DNA of 64,000 nt from Eledone cirrhosa (GCA_964016885.1 OZ024740.1:296794001-296858000); one strand, 5' to 3'. Numbered from the stretch's first letter, positions 12,097 through 28,662 are shown. Notes: generated by a model from the letters alone, not told the origin. Numbers and translations are program-made.

Positions 12097-14233
12097 AATT
12101 AACGAGATTCGTATTTCGGATTAGGAATTAACGAAAAACAACTTCTGAGATGTGTAGCAAGCGCTCAATGATTCAGATGAACCAGTGCTACAACATACGT
12201 TAAAGGCCAAACACACTGAGACGATGGTTAAACAATCATCCTCACTGCCATAAAAACGACCAAGTAATTCGTGTCAAACCAATAAAAATATATGTGATTG
12301 AAAATTTACCCAGATCCCTGGATGGTTGGTAAAATCCATCATTTGGGTTTCTGCGACTTCTAAATCAAGTCCTGTCCACTTACACAAATAATGTTAGGCT
12401 TCTGGTAAGATGTTTGAACAAGGAAGCCACTTTTTCAACATGTATTAGTTCGAGTGCTAATTTAAGGAATGACCGTTACCGACGCCTCGTGGGGCTCGGC
12501 AAGGGAGGCAATCCTTATTTTAGGCGGATGAATTCAGTATGTGTATAAAATTGCAAGAATGCAAAACATCACATATATGTGTGTGTGTGTGTAAGTGAGT
12601 AGCGTGTGTGTGTTTGTTTGTATATATGAGTGCTGGTGTCTGCGCGCGTATGTATGTGTGTGTGTGCGCGTGTGTGTATATCGTAGGTATAAGTGTCAAT
12701 AAGTGAGTTTTTTTATTTTTTTATGCGCGGGGACAGAAATAATCGGACTGGATGCCCGATCACGCAGTTAAACCACTGGGAGTGAGGAACCCCTAGCCCT
12801 TGTCAGGGCATTCTTCTAGGAGAAGGGATCTCAGGAAACTGGGTTAATTCCGACATAAAACCTGCGGCTCAGTAGTTACCGATGATGTTGATCTTTTCTT
12901 CTTTTCGGGTTATAGCTACTGTCGCTCAGGGAGTGGGTTTGGCTCAATGCACAGTCTTTCCTCACTTTAAAAATATTCGTCACGCACAGGCATTGCACGA
13001 TTGCTTTAATTAATAATTGTTAATAGTGTATTACTGGTCTCCTTGACGGAGCTGCAGTCCTGGGTCAGAAAAAGACCGAGGGATAGCGCTTGGAAACTGG
13101 AATATCTTCAGGCGCTCACTGCCCTTTGCCAGCTGGGCACCAGTATCGGTGGAACATCCACCTCGGCGTTCTATAGAGGACTAGTGGAGGGGAAGAGCGA
13201 CGACGTTCTCGGAGAGATCCTGGGCGTCGAAGAAGATCAGCTGTTTGCTCTCTTCCGGAGAAATTTCAGCCCAGGGCCTATGGATAACTTCCAAAAATCC
13301 CTGGCCTGTCAATGCTACCGGGGAGCGCTGCCAGTTCTTTTTTTCTCTTTATTTATAACTAGCAGTGTATCCCGGTATTGCATGGATAACAGCACCTCCA
13401 ATGAGAAACCTTTATTCGTGAGTGCCTGTTAAAAACTCACGAAAATATACTGATAGGAAAGTTGTTTTATTTGGAGACAATTAAGAAGTTGAAAGTACAA
13501 TTTAGCTGTCTACGTGCATTGTTCATAGCAATATTCTTGAGCCCCTTCTTTTCATACTCCTCTGTTTTGGCCTTTTGGAGTAAATGTGAAAGAGAAATTC
13601 ACAGGTTAAGTTGGCAGAAGATTCCAGTGTCATAGCAGTAAGGCGTAGGCTACTTACCTCAAAAGTTCATTCGCACTCTTTCCACTAAGTTACTCTTTCT
13701 CTCTATCCCTCTCGATGCAGTCCCTTGCGAATTTCTCACGTAGGCCTTGTGTAGATTTGCACCCAATCCATCTACCCGATGCACATGTCCGCTTTGTATG
13801 GCTTTTGGAGGAAGAAGTGACCAGTAGTACGTTGTCCGGTATTATTACGAAAAGGTGTAGCAGAGAATCACGTGTGAACTAACAGCATGGGAGGAAACTG
13901 CTTACCTCGAAGATTCATCCACCATCGTTCTTGTCAATTCTCCGTTTAGTTGGTATTTGTTGGTCTACAGTTAAATGAATGGCGCACAAAGGGTCAATGA
14001 TTATTGGCAAGAAGAGTTTTTTAATAATTGTTTCTACTTTAGGCACAAGGCGAGCAATTAACCAGTACATTACTGGTACTTTATTTCATCGACGCCGTAA
14101 GGATGAAAGGCAAAGTTAACCTTGGCGGGATTTGAACTCAGACTGTAAAGGGAGGTAACTATACTAGAAAGCATTGCGTCCAACCCTCTACCGGTACTGT
14201 AATAAAAGACGGGTTAAAGCGATCAATAACGTA

Positions 14234-14307
<74 letters not shown>

Positions 14308-14807
14308 TACATATATATATATACGTGTGTGTATGTATGCATATATATATATGTGTGTGTGTCTGTATGTATGTATGTGTATGTGTATGTGTATGTATGT
14401 ATGTATGTGGATAAGGGAGCTTATAGATAGGACAACACACGCTGTCTTTTCGTGGGTTAAGTTTTTAACTAATTTTTGTATTTTGAAACATCAAAATACA
14501 ACAATTTTTTGGTCACTGGACTCGGGAATGTCATGACAGAAGTTTGTGGAAGTTACACAAATATTTTCGTATATTTTACCAGGGCAATCCTTATTTATAT
14601 TTTACATTTTACATTTACTTACATCTCAATATAACATGGCTAAAAAAAATTCAAATTTTGCAAAGAGAAGAAAACTGAACTACATGCATCTCACTGCCGC
14701 CCCCACAATTACGTGTACACTCTCTCCCTACCACCACATTTACATTTACACACCCTATCTAGACTAAAGTTACCGACCTGTTGTCCAACACTCTACTCTG
14801 TGTTGAA

Positions 14808-14838
<31 letters not shown>

Positions 14839-15356
14839 GTGTATGTATATGTGTGTATATACATCACTCAGTCAAACAACCTGATTTCAACCCAAATATC
14901 TACAACAACAACACCGGCACTAATGTTTACAGCAACAACAGCTTCAGAATGAATTGAAATGAACATTTACAACAACCACAGCGGCATCAGACGATAAGAA
15001 AAAACAACAAAAAACAAAAAAACTCAAAATATCAAAACACACACACACAACACAACAACAACATCAACTGCCACCGCCATCACCACCACCAGCGACCGGG
15101 CCTTAAAAAAACAACAAATTTAATAATAATAATTGTTCTGCTTTTGTGCATTACTGGTGCTCTCTTTTGTTGACTCCGTGGGGATGAAAGGCAAGGTTGA
15201 CCTCGGCGGGATTTGAGCTCAGAGAGTGGAGAGCCATTGCTTTATGCTGTAAAACAATTATAATAATACTGAACTGTAACACGAACGGCTTCAACTATAC
15301 AAACTCTTGAAAGTCAACAGTTGACATAATCTTGCAATCTTGTATCAGTAATGACG

Positions 15357-15533
<177 letters not shown>

Positions 15534-17675
15534 GTATATATTAATTAACGAGATTCGTATTTCGGATTAGGAATTAACGAAAAACAACTTCTGAGATGTG
15601 TAGCAAGCGCTCAATGATTCAGATGAACCAGTGCTACAACATACGTTAAAGGCCAAACACACTGAGACGATGGTTAAACAATCATCCTCACTGCCGTAAA
15701 AACGACCAACTAATTCGTGTCAAACCAATAAAAATATATGTGATTGAAAATTTACCCAGATCCCTGGATGGTTGGTAAAATCCAGCATTTGGGTTTCTGC
15801 GACTTCTAACTCAAGTACTGTCCGCTTACAGAAATAATGTTAGGCTTCTGGTAAGATGTTTGAACAAGGAGGCCACTTTTTCAACAAGTTTTAGTTCGAA
15901 TGCTAATTTAAGGAATGACCGTTACCGACGCCTCGTGGGGCTCGGCAAGGCAAACAATCCTTATTTTAGGCGGTTGAATTCAGTATGTGTATAAAATTGC
16001 AAGAATGCAAAACATCACATATATGTGTGTGTGTGTAAGTGAGTAGCGTGTGTGTGTTTGTTTGTATGTATGAGTGCTGGTGTCTGCGCGCGTATGTATG
16101 TGTGTGTGTGCACGTGTGTGTATATCGTAGGTATAAGTGTCAATAAGTGAGTTTTTTTGTTTTTTTTATGCGCGGGGACAGAAATAATCGGACTGGATGC
16201 CCGATCGCACAGTTAAACCACTGGGAGTGAGGAACCCCTAGCCCCTGTCAGGGCATTCTTCTAGGAGAAGGCATCTCAGGAAACTGGGTTAATTCCGACA
16301 TAAAACCTGCGGCTCAGTAGTTACCGATGATGTTGATCTTTTCTTCTTTTTGGGTTATAGCTACTGTCGCTCAGGGAGTGGGTTTGGCTCAGGGCACAGT
16401 CTTTCCTCACTTTAAAAATATTCGTCACGCACAGGCATTGCACGATTGCTTTAATTAATAATTATTAATATTGTATTACTGGTTTCCTTGACGGAGCTGC
16501 AGTCCTGGGTGAGAAAAACACCGAGGGATAGCGCTTGGAAACTGGAATATCTTCAGGCGCTCACTGCCCTTTGCCAGCTGGGCACCAGTATCGGTGGAAC
16601 ATCCACCTCGGCGTTCTATAGAGGACTAGTGGAGGGGAAGAGCGACGACGTTCTCGGAGAGATCCTGGGCGACGAAGAAGATCAGCTGTTTGCTCTCTTC
16701 CGGAGAACTTTCAGCCCAGGGCCTATGGATAACTTCCAAAAATCCCTGGCCTGGCAGTGCTACCGGGGAGCGCTGCCAGTTCTTTTTTTCTCTTTATTTA
16801 TAACTAGCAGTGTATCCCGGCATTGCATGGGTAATAGCACCTCCAATGAGAAACCTTTATTTGTGAGTGCCTGTTAAAAACTCACGAAAATATACTGATA
16901 GGAAAGTTGTTTTATTTTGAGAAAATTAAGAAGTTGAAAGTACAATTTAACTGTCTACGTGCATTGTTCATGGCAATATTCTTCAGCCCCTTCTTTTCAT
17001 ACTCCTGTTTTGGCCTTTTGGAATAAATGTGAAAGAGAAATTCACAGGTAAAGTTGGCAGAAGATTCCATGGTTATAGCAGTAAGGCGTAGGCTACTTAC
17101 CTCAAAAGTTCATTCGCACTCTTTCCACTAAGTTACTCTTTCTCTCTATCCCTCTCGATGCAGTCATTTACGAATTTCTCACGTAGGCCTGGTGTAGATT
17201 TGCACCCAATCCATCTACCCGATGCACATGTCCGCTTTGTATGGCTTTTGGAGGAAGGAGTGACCAGCAGTACGTTGTTCGGTATTATTACGAAAAGGTG
17301 TAGCAGAGAATCACGTGTGAACTAACAGCACGGGAAGAAACTGCTTACCTCGAAGATTCATCCGCCATCGTTCTTGTCAATTCTCCGTTTAATTGGTATT
17401 TGTTGGTCTACAGTTAAATGAATGGCGCACAAAGGGTCAATGTTTATTGGCAAGAAGATTTTTTAATAATTGTTTCTACTTTAGGCACAAGGCGAGCAAT
17501 TAACCAGTACATTACTGGTACTTTATTTCATCGACCCCTTAAGGATGAAAGGCAAAGTTAACCTCGGCGGGATTTGAATTCAGACTGTAAAGGGACGTAA
17601 CTATGCTAGAAAGCATTGCGTCCAACCCTCTACCGATACTGTAATAAAAGACGGGTTAAAGCGATCAATAACGTA

Positions 17676-17734
<59 letters not shown>

Positions 17735-20700
17735 ATGTATGCATATATATATATGTGTGTGTGTCTGTATGTATGTATGTGTATGTGTATGTATGTATGT
17801 GGATAAGGGACCCTATAGATAGGACAACACACGCTGTCTTTCCGTGGGTTAAGTTTTTAATTAATTTTTGTATTCTGAAACATCAAAATACAACAATTTT
17901 TTGGTCACTGGACTCGGGAATGTCATGACAGAAGTTTGTGGAAATTACACAAATATTTTCGTATATTTTACCAGGGCAATCCTTATTTATATTTTACATT
18001 TTACATTTACTTACATCTCAATATAACATGGCTAAAAAAATTCAAATTTTGCAAAGAGAAGAAAACAGACAAATGAACTAGATACATCTCACTGCCCCCC
18101 TCCACCACAATTACGTCTACACTCTCTCCCTACCACCACATTTACATTTACACAGGTCATTACCCTATCTAGACTAAAGTTACCGACCTGTTATCCAACA
18201 CTCAACTCTGTGTTGAATGTGTGTGTGTATATATATATATATGTGTGTATGTATATGTGTGTATATACATGACTCAGTCAAACAACCTGATTTCAACCCA
18301 AATAACTACAACAACAACGGCACTAATGTTTACAGCAACAACAGCTTCAGAATGAATTGAATTGAACATTTACAACAACCACAGCGGCATCAAACGATAA
18401 GAAAAAACAACAAAAAACAAAAAAAACTCAAAATATCAAAACATACACACACAACACAACAACAACATCAACTGCCACCAACATCACCACCACCAGCGAC
18501 CGGGCCTTAAGAAAACAACAACTTTAATAATAATAATTGTTCTGCTTTCGTGCATTACTGGTGCTCTCTTTTGTTGACTCCGTGGGGATGAAAGGCAAGG
18601 TTGACCTCGGCGGGATTTGAGCTCAGAGAGTGGAGAGCCATTGCTTCATGCTGTAAAACAATTATAATAATACTGAACTGTAACACGAACGGCTTCAACT
18701 ATACGAACTCTTGAAAGTCAACAGTTGACATAATCTTGTAATCTTGTATCAGTAAGACGGTAATATATATTTATATATATATATATATATAAATTAGCGA
18801 GAATCGTATTTCGGCTTAGGAATTAACTAAAAACAACTTCTGAGATGTGTAGCAAGCGCTCAATGATTCAGATGAACCAGAGCTACAACATACGTTAAAG
18901 GCCAAACACACTGAGACGATGGTTAAACAATCATCCTCACTGCCGTAAAAACGACCAAGTAATTCGTGTCAAACCAATAAAAATATATGTGATTGAAAAT
19001 TTACCCAGGCCCCTGGATGATTGGTAAAATCCAGCATTTGGGTTTCTGCGACTTCTAAATCAAGTACTGTCCGCTTACACAACTAATGTTAGGCTTCTGG
19101 TAAGATGTTTGAACAAGGAAGCCACTTTTTCAACATGTATTATTTCGAGTGCTAATTTAAGGAATGACCGTTACCGACGCCTCGTTGGGCTCGGCAAGGG
19201 AGGCAATCCTTATTTTAGGCGGATGAATTCAGTATGTGTATAAAATTGCAAGAATGCAAAACATCACATATATGTGTGTGTGTGTAAGTGAGTAGCGTGT
19301 GTGTGTTTGTTTGTATGTATGAGTGCTGGTGTCTGCGCGCGTATGTATGTGTGTGTGTGCGCGTGTGTGTATATCGTAGGTATAAGTGTCAATAAGTGAG
19401 TTTTTTTGTTTTTTTATGCGCGGGGACAGAAATAATCGGACTGGATGCCCGATCACGCAGTTAAACCACTGGGAGTGAGGAGCCCCTAGCCCTTGTCAGG
19501 GCATTCTTCTAGGAGAAGGCATCTCAGGAAACTGGGTTAATTCCGACATAAAACCTGCGGCTCAGTAGTTACCGGTGATGTTGATCTTTTCTTCTTTTCG
19601 GGTTATAGCTACTGTCGCTCAGGGAGTGGGTTTGGCTCAGGGCACAGTCTTTCCTCACTTTAAAAATATTCGTCACGCACAGGCATTGCACGATTGCATT
19701 AATTAATAATTATTAATAGTGTAATACTGGTCTCCTTGACGGAGCTGCAGTCCTGGGTCAGAAAAAGACCGAGGGATAGCGCTTGGAAACTGGAATATCT
19801 TCAGGCGGTCACTGCCCTCTGCCAGCCGGGCACCAGTATCGGTGGAACATCCACCTCGGCGTTCTATAGAGGACTAGTAGAGGGGATGAGCGACGACGTT
19901 CTCGGAGAGATCCTGGGCGTCGAAGAAGATCAGCTGTTTGCTCTCTTCCGGAGAACTTTCAGCCCAGGGCCTATGGATAACTTCCAAAAATCCCTGGCCT
20001 GTCAGTGTTACCGGGGAGCGCTGCCAGTTCTTTTTTTCTCTTTATTTATAACTAGCAGTGTATCCCGGCATTGCATGGGTAATAGCACCTCCAATGAGAA
20101 ACCTTTATTTGTGAGTGCCTGTTAAAAACTCACGAAAATATACTGATAGGAAAGTTGTTTTATTTTGAGAAAATTAAGAAGTTGAAAGTACAATTTAACT
20201 GTCTACGTGCATTGTTCATGGCAATATTCTTGAGCCCCTTCTTTTCATACTCCTCTGTTTGGGCCTTTTGGAGTAAATGTGAAAGAGAAATTCACAGGTT
20301 AAGTTGGCAGAAGATTCTAGTGTCATAGCAGTAAGGCGTAGGCTACTTACCTCAAAAATTCATTCGCACTCTTTCCACTAAGTTACTCTTTCTCTCTATC
20401 CCTCTCAATGCAGTCCCTTGCGAATTTCTCACGTAGGCCTGGTGTAGGTTTGCACCCAATCCATCTACCCGATGCACATGTGCGCTTTGTATGGCTTTTG
20501 GAGGAAGGAGTGACCAGCAGTACGTTGTCCGGTATTATTACGAAAAGGTATAGCAGAGAATCACGTGTGAACTAAAGGCACGGGAGGAAACTGCTTACCT
20601 CGAAGATTCATCCGCCATCGTTCTTGTCAATACTCCGTTTAGTTGGTATTTGTTGGTCTACAGTTAAATGAATGGCGCACAAAGGGTCAATGTTTATTGG

Positions 20701-20925
20701 CAAGAAGTTTTTTTAATAATTGTTTCTACTTTAGGCACAAGGCGAGCAATTAACCAGTACATTACTGGTACTTTATTTCATCGACCCCGTAAGGATGAAA
20801 GGCAAAGTTAACCTCGGCGGGATTTGAACTCAGACTGTAAAGGGACGTAACTATGCTAGAAAGCATTGCGTCCAACCCTCTACCGATACTGTAATAAAAG
20901 ACGGGTTAAAGCGATCAATAACGTA

Positions 20926-20983
<58 letters not shown>

Positions 20984-23900
20984 TACATATATATATATAT
21001 ATGTGTGTGTATGTATGCATATATATATATGTGTGTGTGTCTGTATGTATGTATGTGTATGTGTATGTGTGTGTATGTATGTATGTATGTGGATAAGGGA
21101 GCTTATAGATAGGGCAACACACGCTGTCTTTTCGTGGGTTAAGTTTTTAACTAATTTTTGTATTTTGAAACATCAAAATACAACAATTTTTTGGTCACTG
21201 GACTCGGGAATGTCATGACAGAAGTTTGTGGAAGTTACACAAATATTTTCGTATATTTTACCAGGGCAATCCTTATTTATATTTTACATTTTACATTTAC
21301 TTACATCTCAATATAACATGGCTAAAAAAATTCAAATTTTGCTAAGAGAAGAAAACAGACAAATGAACTAGATACATCTCACTGCCCCCCTCCACCACAA
21401 TTACGTCTACACTCTCTCCCTACCACCACATTTACATTTACACAGGTCATTACCCTATCTAGACTAAAGTTACCGACCTGTTATCCAACACTCAACTCTG
21501 TGTTGAATGTGTGTGTGTATATATATATATATGTGTGTATGTATATGTGTGTATATACATGACTCAGTCAAACAACCTGATTTCAACCCAAATAACTACA
21601 ACAACAACGGCACTAATGTTTACAGCAACAACAGCTTCAGAATGAATTGAATTGAACATTTACAACAACCACAGCGGCATCAAACGATAAGAAAAAACAA
21701 CAAAAAACAAAAAAAACTCAAAATATCAAAACATACACACACAACACAACAACAACATCAACTGCCACCAACATCACCACCACCAGCGACCGGGCCTTAA
21801 GAAAACAACAACTTTAATAATAATAATTGTTCTGCTTTCGTGCATTACTGGTGCTCTCTTTTGTTGACTCCGTGGGGATGAAAGGCAAGGTTGACCTCGG
21901 CGGGATTTGAGCTCAGAGAGTGGAGAGCCATTGCTTCATGCTGTAAAACAATTATAATAATACTGAACTGTAACACGAACGGCTTCAACTATACGAACTC
22001 TTGAAAGTCAACAGTTGACATAATCTTGTAATCTTGTATCAGTAAGACGGTAATATATATTTATATATATATATATATATAAATTAGCGAGAATCGTATT
22101 TCGGCTTAGGAATTAACTAAAAACAACTTCTGAGATGTGTAGCAAGCGCTCAATGATTCAGATGAACCAGAGCTACAACATACGTTAAAGGCCAAACACA
22201 CTGAGACGATGGTTAAACAATCATCCTCACTGCCGTAAAAACGACCAAGTAATTCGTGTCAAACCAATAAAAATATATGTGATTGAAAATTTACCCAGGC
22301 CCCTGGATGATTGGTAAAATCCAGCATTTGGGTTTCTGCGACTTCTAAATCAAGTACTGTCCGCTTACACAACTAATGTTAGGCTTCTGGTAAGATGTTT
22401 GAACAAGGAAGCCACTTTTTCAACATGTATTATTTCGAGTGCTAATTTAAGGAATGACCGTTACCGACGCCTCGTTGGGCTCGGCAAGGGAGGCAATCCT
22501 TATTTTAGGCGGATGAATTCAGTATGTGTATAAAATTGCAAGAATGCAAAACATCACATATATGTGTGTGTGTGTAAGTGAGTAGCGTGTGTGTGTTTGT
22601 TTGTATGTATGAGTGCTGGTGTCTGCGCGCGTATGTATGTGTGTGTGTGCGCGTGTGTGTATATCGTAGGTATAAGTGTCAATAAGTGAGTTTTTTTGTT
22701 TTTTTATGCGCGGGGACAGAAATAATCGGACTGGATGCCCGATCACGCAGTTAAACCACTGGGAGTGAGGAGCCCCTAGCCCTTGTCAGGGCATTCTTCT
22801 AGGAGAAGGCATCTCAGGAAACTGGGTTAATTCCGACATAAAACCTGCGGCTCAGTAGTTACCGGTGATGTTGATCTTTTCTTCTTTTCGGGTTATAGCT
22901 ACTGTCGCTCAGGGAGTGGGTTTGGCTCAGGGCACAGTCTTTCCTCACTTTAAAAATATTCGTCACGCACAGGCATTGCACGATTGCATTAATTAATAAT
23001 TATTAATAGTGTAATACTGGTCTCCTTGACGGAGCTGCAGTCCTGGGTCAGAAAAAGACCGAGGGATAGCGCTTGGAAACTGGAATATCTTCAGGCGGTC
23101 ACTGCCCTCTGCCAGCCGGGCACCAGTATCGGTGGAACATCCACCTCGGCGTTCTATAGAGGACTAGTAGAGGGGATGAGCGACGACGTTCTCGGAGAGA
23201 TCCTGGGCGTCGAAGAAGATCAGCTGTTTGCTCTCTTCCGGAGAACTTTCAGCCCAGGGCCTATGGATAACTTCCAAAAATCCCTGGCCTGTCAGTGTTA
23301 CCGGGGAGCGCTGCCAGTTCTTTTTTTCTCTTTATTTATAACTAGCAGTGTATCCCGGCATTGCATGGGTAATAGCACCTCCAATGAGAAACCTTTATTT
23401 GTGAGTGCCTGTTAAAAACTCACGAAAATATACTGATAGGAAAGTTGTTTTATTTTGAGAAAATTAAGAAGTTGAAAGTACAATTTAACTGTCTACGTGC
23501 ATTGTTCATGGCAATATTCTTGAGCCCCTTCTTTTCATACTCCTCTGTTTGGGCCTTTTGGAGTAAATGTGAAAGAGAAATTCACAGGTTAAGTTGGCAG
23601 AAGATTCTAGTGTCATAGCAGTAAGGCGTAGGCTACTTACCTCAAAAATTCATTCGCACTCTTTCCACTAAGTTACTCTTTCTCTCTATCCCTCTCAATG
23701 CAGTCCCTTGCGAATTTCTCACGTAGGCCTGGTGTAGGTTTGCACCCAATCCATCTACCCGATGCACATGTGCGCTTTGTATGGCTTTTGGAGGAAGGAG
23801 TGACCAGCAGTACGTTGTCCGGTATTATTACGAAAAGGTATAGCAGAGAATCACGTGTGAACTAAAGGCACGGGAGGAAACTGCTTACCTCGAAGATTCA

Positions 23901-24215
23901 TCCGCCATCGTTCTTGTCAATACTCCGTTTAGTTGGTATTTGTTGGTCTACAGTTAAATGAATGGCGCACAAAGGGTCAATGTTTATTGGCAAGAAGTTT
24001 TTTTAATAATTGTTTCTACTTTAGGCACAAGGCGAGCAATTAACCAGTACATTACTGGTACTTTATTTCATCGACCCCGTAAGGATGAAAGGCAAAGTTA
24101 ACCTCGGCGGGATTTGAACTCAGACTGTAAAGGGACGTAACTATGCTAGAAAGCATTGCGTCCAACCCTCTACCGATACTGTAATAAAAGACGGGTTAAA
24201 GCGATCAATAACGTA

Positions 24216-24273
<58 letters not shown>

Positions 24274-27200
24274 TACATATATATATATATATGTGTGTGT
24301 ATGTATGCATATATATATATGTGTGTGTGTCTGTATGTATGTATGTGTATGTGTATGTGTGTGTATGTATGTATGTATGTGGATAAGGGAGCTTATAGAT
24401 AGGGCAACACACGCTGTCTTTTCGTGGGTTAAGTTTTTAACTAATTTTTGTATTTTGAAACATCAAAATACAACAATTTTTTGGTCACTGGACTCGGGAA
24501 TGTCATGACAGAAGTTTGTGGAAGTTACACAAATATTTTCGTATATTTTACCAGGGCAATCCTTATTTATATTTTACATTTTACATTTACTTACATCTCA
24601 ATATAACATGGCTAAAAAAATTCAAATTTTGCTAAGAGAAGAAAACAGACAAATGAACTAGATACATCTCACTGCCTCCCTCCACCTCAATTACGTCTAC
24701 ACTCTCTCCCTACCACCACATTTACATTTACACAGGTCATTACCCTATCTAGACTAAAGTTACCGACCTGTTATCCAACACTCAACTCTGTGTTTAATGT
24801 GTGTGTGTATATATATATATATATATGTGTGTATGTATATGTGTGTATATACATCACTCAGTCAAACAACCTGATTTCAACCCAAATATCTACAACAACA
24901 ACACCGGCACTAATATTTACAGCAACAACAGCTTCAGAATGAATTGAAATGAACATTTACAACAACCACAGCGGCATCAAACGATAAGAAAAAACAACAA
25001 AAAACAAAAAAACTCAAAATAACAAAACATACACACACAACACAACAACAACATCAACTGCCACCACCATCACCACCACCAGCGACCGGGCCTTAAGAAA
25101 ACAACAACTTTAATAATAATAATTGTTCTGCTTTCGTGCATTACTGGTGCTCTCTTTTGTTGACTCCGTGGGGATGAAAGGCAAGGTTGACATCGGCGGG
25201 ATTTGAGCTCAGAGCGTGGAGAGCCATTGCTTTATGCTGTAAAGCAATTATAATAATACTGAACTGTAACACGAACGGCTTCAACTATACGAACTCTTGA
25301 AAGTCAACAGTTGACATAATCTTGTAATCTTGTATCAGTAATGACGGTAATATATATTTATATATATATATATATAAATTAGCGAGAATCGTATTTCGGC
25401 TTAGGAATTAACTAAAAACAACTTCTGAGATGTGTAGCAAGCGCTCAATGATTCAGATGAACCAGAGCTACAACATACGTTAAAGGCCAAACACACTAAG
25501 ACGATGGTTAAACAATCATCCTCACTGCCATAAAAACGGCCAAGTAATTCGGGTCAAACCAATAAAAATATATGTGATTGAAAATTTACCCAGACCCCTG
25601 GATGATTGGTAAAATCCATCATTTGGGTTTCTGCGACTTCTAAATCAAGTACTGTCCGCTTACACAAATAATGTTAGGCTTCTGGTAAGATGTTTGAACA
25701 AGGAAGCCACTTTTTCAACATGTATTAGTTCGAGTGCTAATTTAAGGAACGACCGTTACCGACGCCTCGTGGGGATCGGCAAGGGAGGCAATCCTTATTT
25801 TAGGCGGATGAATTCAGTATGTGTATAAAATTGCAAGAATGCAAAACATCACATATATGTGTGTGTGTGTAAGTGAGTAGCGTGTGTGTGTTTGTTTGTA
25901 TGTATGAGTGCTGGTGTCTGCGCGCGTATGTATGTGTGTGTGTGCGCGTGTGTGTATATCGTAGGTATAAGTGTCAATAAGTGAGTTTTTTTGTTTTTTT
26001 ATGCGTGGGGACAGAAATAATCGGACTGGATGCCCGATCACGCAGTTAAACCACTGGGAGTGAGGAACCCCTAGCCCTTGTCAGGGCATTCTTCTAGGAG
26101 AAGGAATCTCAGGAAACTGGGTTAATTCCGACATAAAACCTGCGGCTCAATAGTTACCGATGATGTTGATCTTTTCTTCTTTTCGGGTTATAGCTACTGT
26201 CGCTCAGGGAGTGGGTTTGGCTCAGTGCACAGTCTTTCCTCACTTTAAAAATATTCGTCACGCACAGGCATTGCACGATTGCATTAATTAATAATTATTA
26301 ATAGTGTATTACTGGTCTCCTTGACGGAGCTGCAGTCCTGGGTCAGAAAAAGACCGAGCGATAGCGCTTGGAAACTGGAATATCTTCAGGCGCTCACTGC
26401 CCTTTGCCAGCTGGGAACCAGTATCGGTGGAACATCCACCTCGGCGTTCTATAGAGGACTAGTGGAGGGGAAGAGCGACGACGTTCTCGGAGAGATCCTG
26501 GGCGTCGAAGATCAGCTCTTTGCTCTCTTCCGGAGAACTTTCAGCCCAGGGCCTATGGATAACTTCCAAAAATCCCTGGCCTGTCAGTGCTACCGGGGAG
26601 CGCTGCCAGTTCTTTTTTTCTCTTTATTTATAACTAGCAGTGTATCCCGGCATTGCATGGGTAATAGCACCTCCAATGAGAAACCTTTATTTGTGAGTGC
26701 CTGTTAAAAACTCACGAAAATATACTGATAGGAAAGTTGTTTTATTTGGAGACAATTAAGAAGTTGAAAGTACAATTTAGCTGTCTACGTGCATTGTTCA
26801 TAGCAATATTCTTGAGCCCCTTCTTTTCATACTCCTCTGTTTTGGCCTTTTGGAGTAAATGTGAAAGAGAAATTCACAGGTTAAGTTGGCAGAAGATTCC
26901 AGTGTCATAGCAGTAAGGCGTAGGCTACTTACCTCAAAAGTTCATTCGCACTCTTTCCACTAAGTTACTCTTTCTCTCTATCCCTCTCGATGCAGTCCCT
27001 TGCGAATTTCTCACGTAGGCCTGGTGTAGATTTTCACCCGATCCATCTACCCGATGCACATGTCCGCTTTGTATGGCTTTTGGAGGAAGGAGTGACCAGC
27101 AGTACGTTGTTCGGTATTATTACGAAAAGGTGTAGCAGAGAATCACGTGTGAACTAACAGCACGGGGGGAAACTGCTTACCTCGAAGATTCATACGCCAT

Positions 27201-27508
27201 CGTTCTTGTCAATTCTCCGTTTAGTTGGTATTTGTTGGTCTACAGTTAAATGAATGGCGCACAAAGGGTCAATGTTTATTGGCAAGAAGTTTTTTAATAA
27301 TTGTTTCTACTTTAGGCACAAGGCGAGCAATTAACCAGTACATTACTGGTACTTTATTTCATCGACGCCGTAAGGATGAAAGGCAAAGTTAACCTCGGCG
27401 GGATTTGAACTCAGACTGTAAAGGGACGTAACTATGCTAGAAAGCATTGCGTCCAACCCTCTACAGATACTGTAATAAAAGACGGGTTAAAGCGATCAAT
27501 AATGTATC

Positions 27509-27554
<46 letters not shown>

Positions 27555-28066
27555 GATACATATATATATATATATGTGTGTGTATGTATGCATATATATA
27601 TATGTGTGTGTGTCTGTATGTATGTATGTGTATGTGTATGTATGTATGTATGTGGATAAGGGAGCTTATAGATAGGACAACACACGCTGTCTTTTCGTGG
27701 GTTAAGTTTTTAACTAATTTTTGTATTTTGAAACATCAAAATACAACAATTTTTTGGTCACTGGACTCGGGAATGTCATGACAGAAGTTTGTGGAAGTTA
27801 CACAAATATTTTCGTATATTTTACCAGGGCAATCCTTATTTATATTTTACATTTTACATTTACTTACATCTCAATATAACATGGCTAAAAAAAATTCAAA
27901 TTTTGCAAAGAAAAGAAAACTGAACTACATGCATCTCATTGCCCCCCCCCCCCCCCCGCCACCATGATTACGTGTACACTCTCTCCCTACCACCACATTT
28001 ACATTTACACACCCTATCTAGACTAAAGTTACCGACCTGTTGTCCAACACTCTACTCTGTGTCGAA

Positions 28067-28109
<43 letters not shown>

Positions 28110-28625
28110 ATGTATATGTGTGTATATACATCACTCAGTCAAACAACCTGATTTCAACCCAAATATCTACAACAACAACACCGGCACTAATGTTTACAGC
28201 AACAACAGCTTCAGAATGAATTGAAATGAACATTTACAACAACCATAGCGGCATCAGCGATAAGAAAAAACAACAAAAAACAAAAAAACTCAAAATATCA
28301 AAACACACACACACAACACAACAACAACATCAACTGCCACCAACATCACCACCACCAGCGACCGGGCCTTAAGAAAACAACAACTTTAATAATAATAATT
28401 GTTCTACTTTCGTGCATTACTGGTGCTCTCTTTTGTTGACTCCGTGGGGATGAAAGGCAAGGTTGACCTCGGCGGAATTTGAGCTCAGAGAGTGGAGAGC
28501 CATTGCTTTATGCTGTAAAACAATTATAATAATACTGAACTGTAACACGAACGGCTTCAACTATACGAACTCTTGAAAGTCAACAGTTGACATAATCTTG
28601 TAATCTTGTATCAGTAATGACGGTA

Positions 28626-28662
<37 letters not shown>

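Noticed and set aside
13043-13432. Repeated 129-aa ORF as a tandem gene family
   Set aside because: It is a chimera of a Tx1 fragment and antisense Helitron end, starts at TTG, and has a stop in the unit at 9737.
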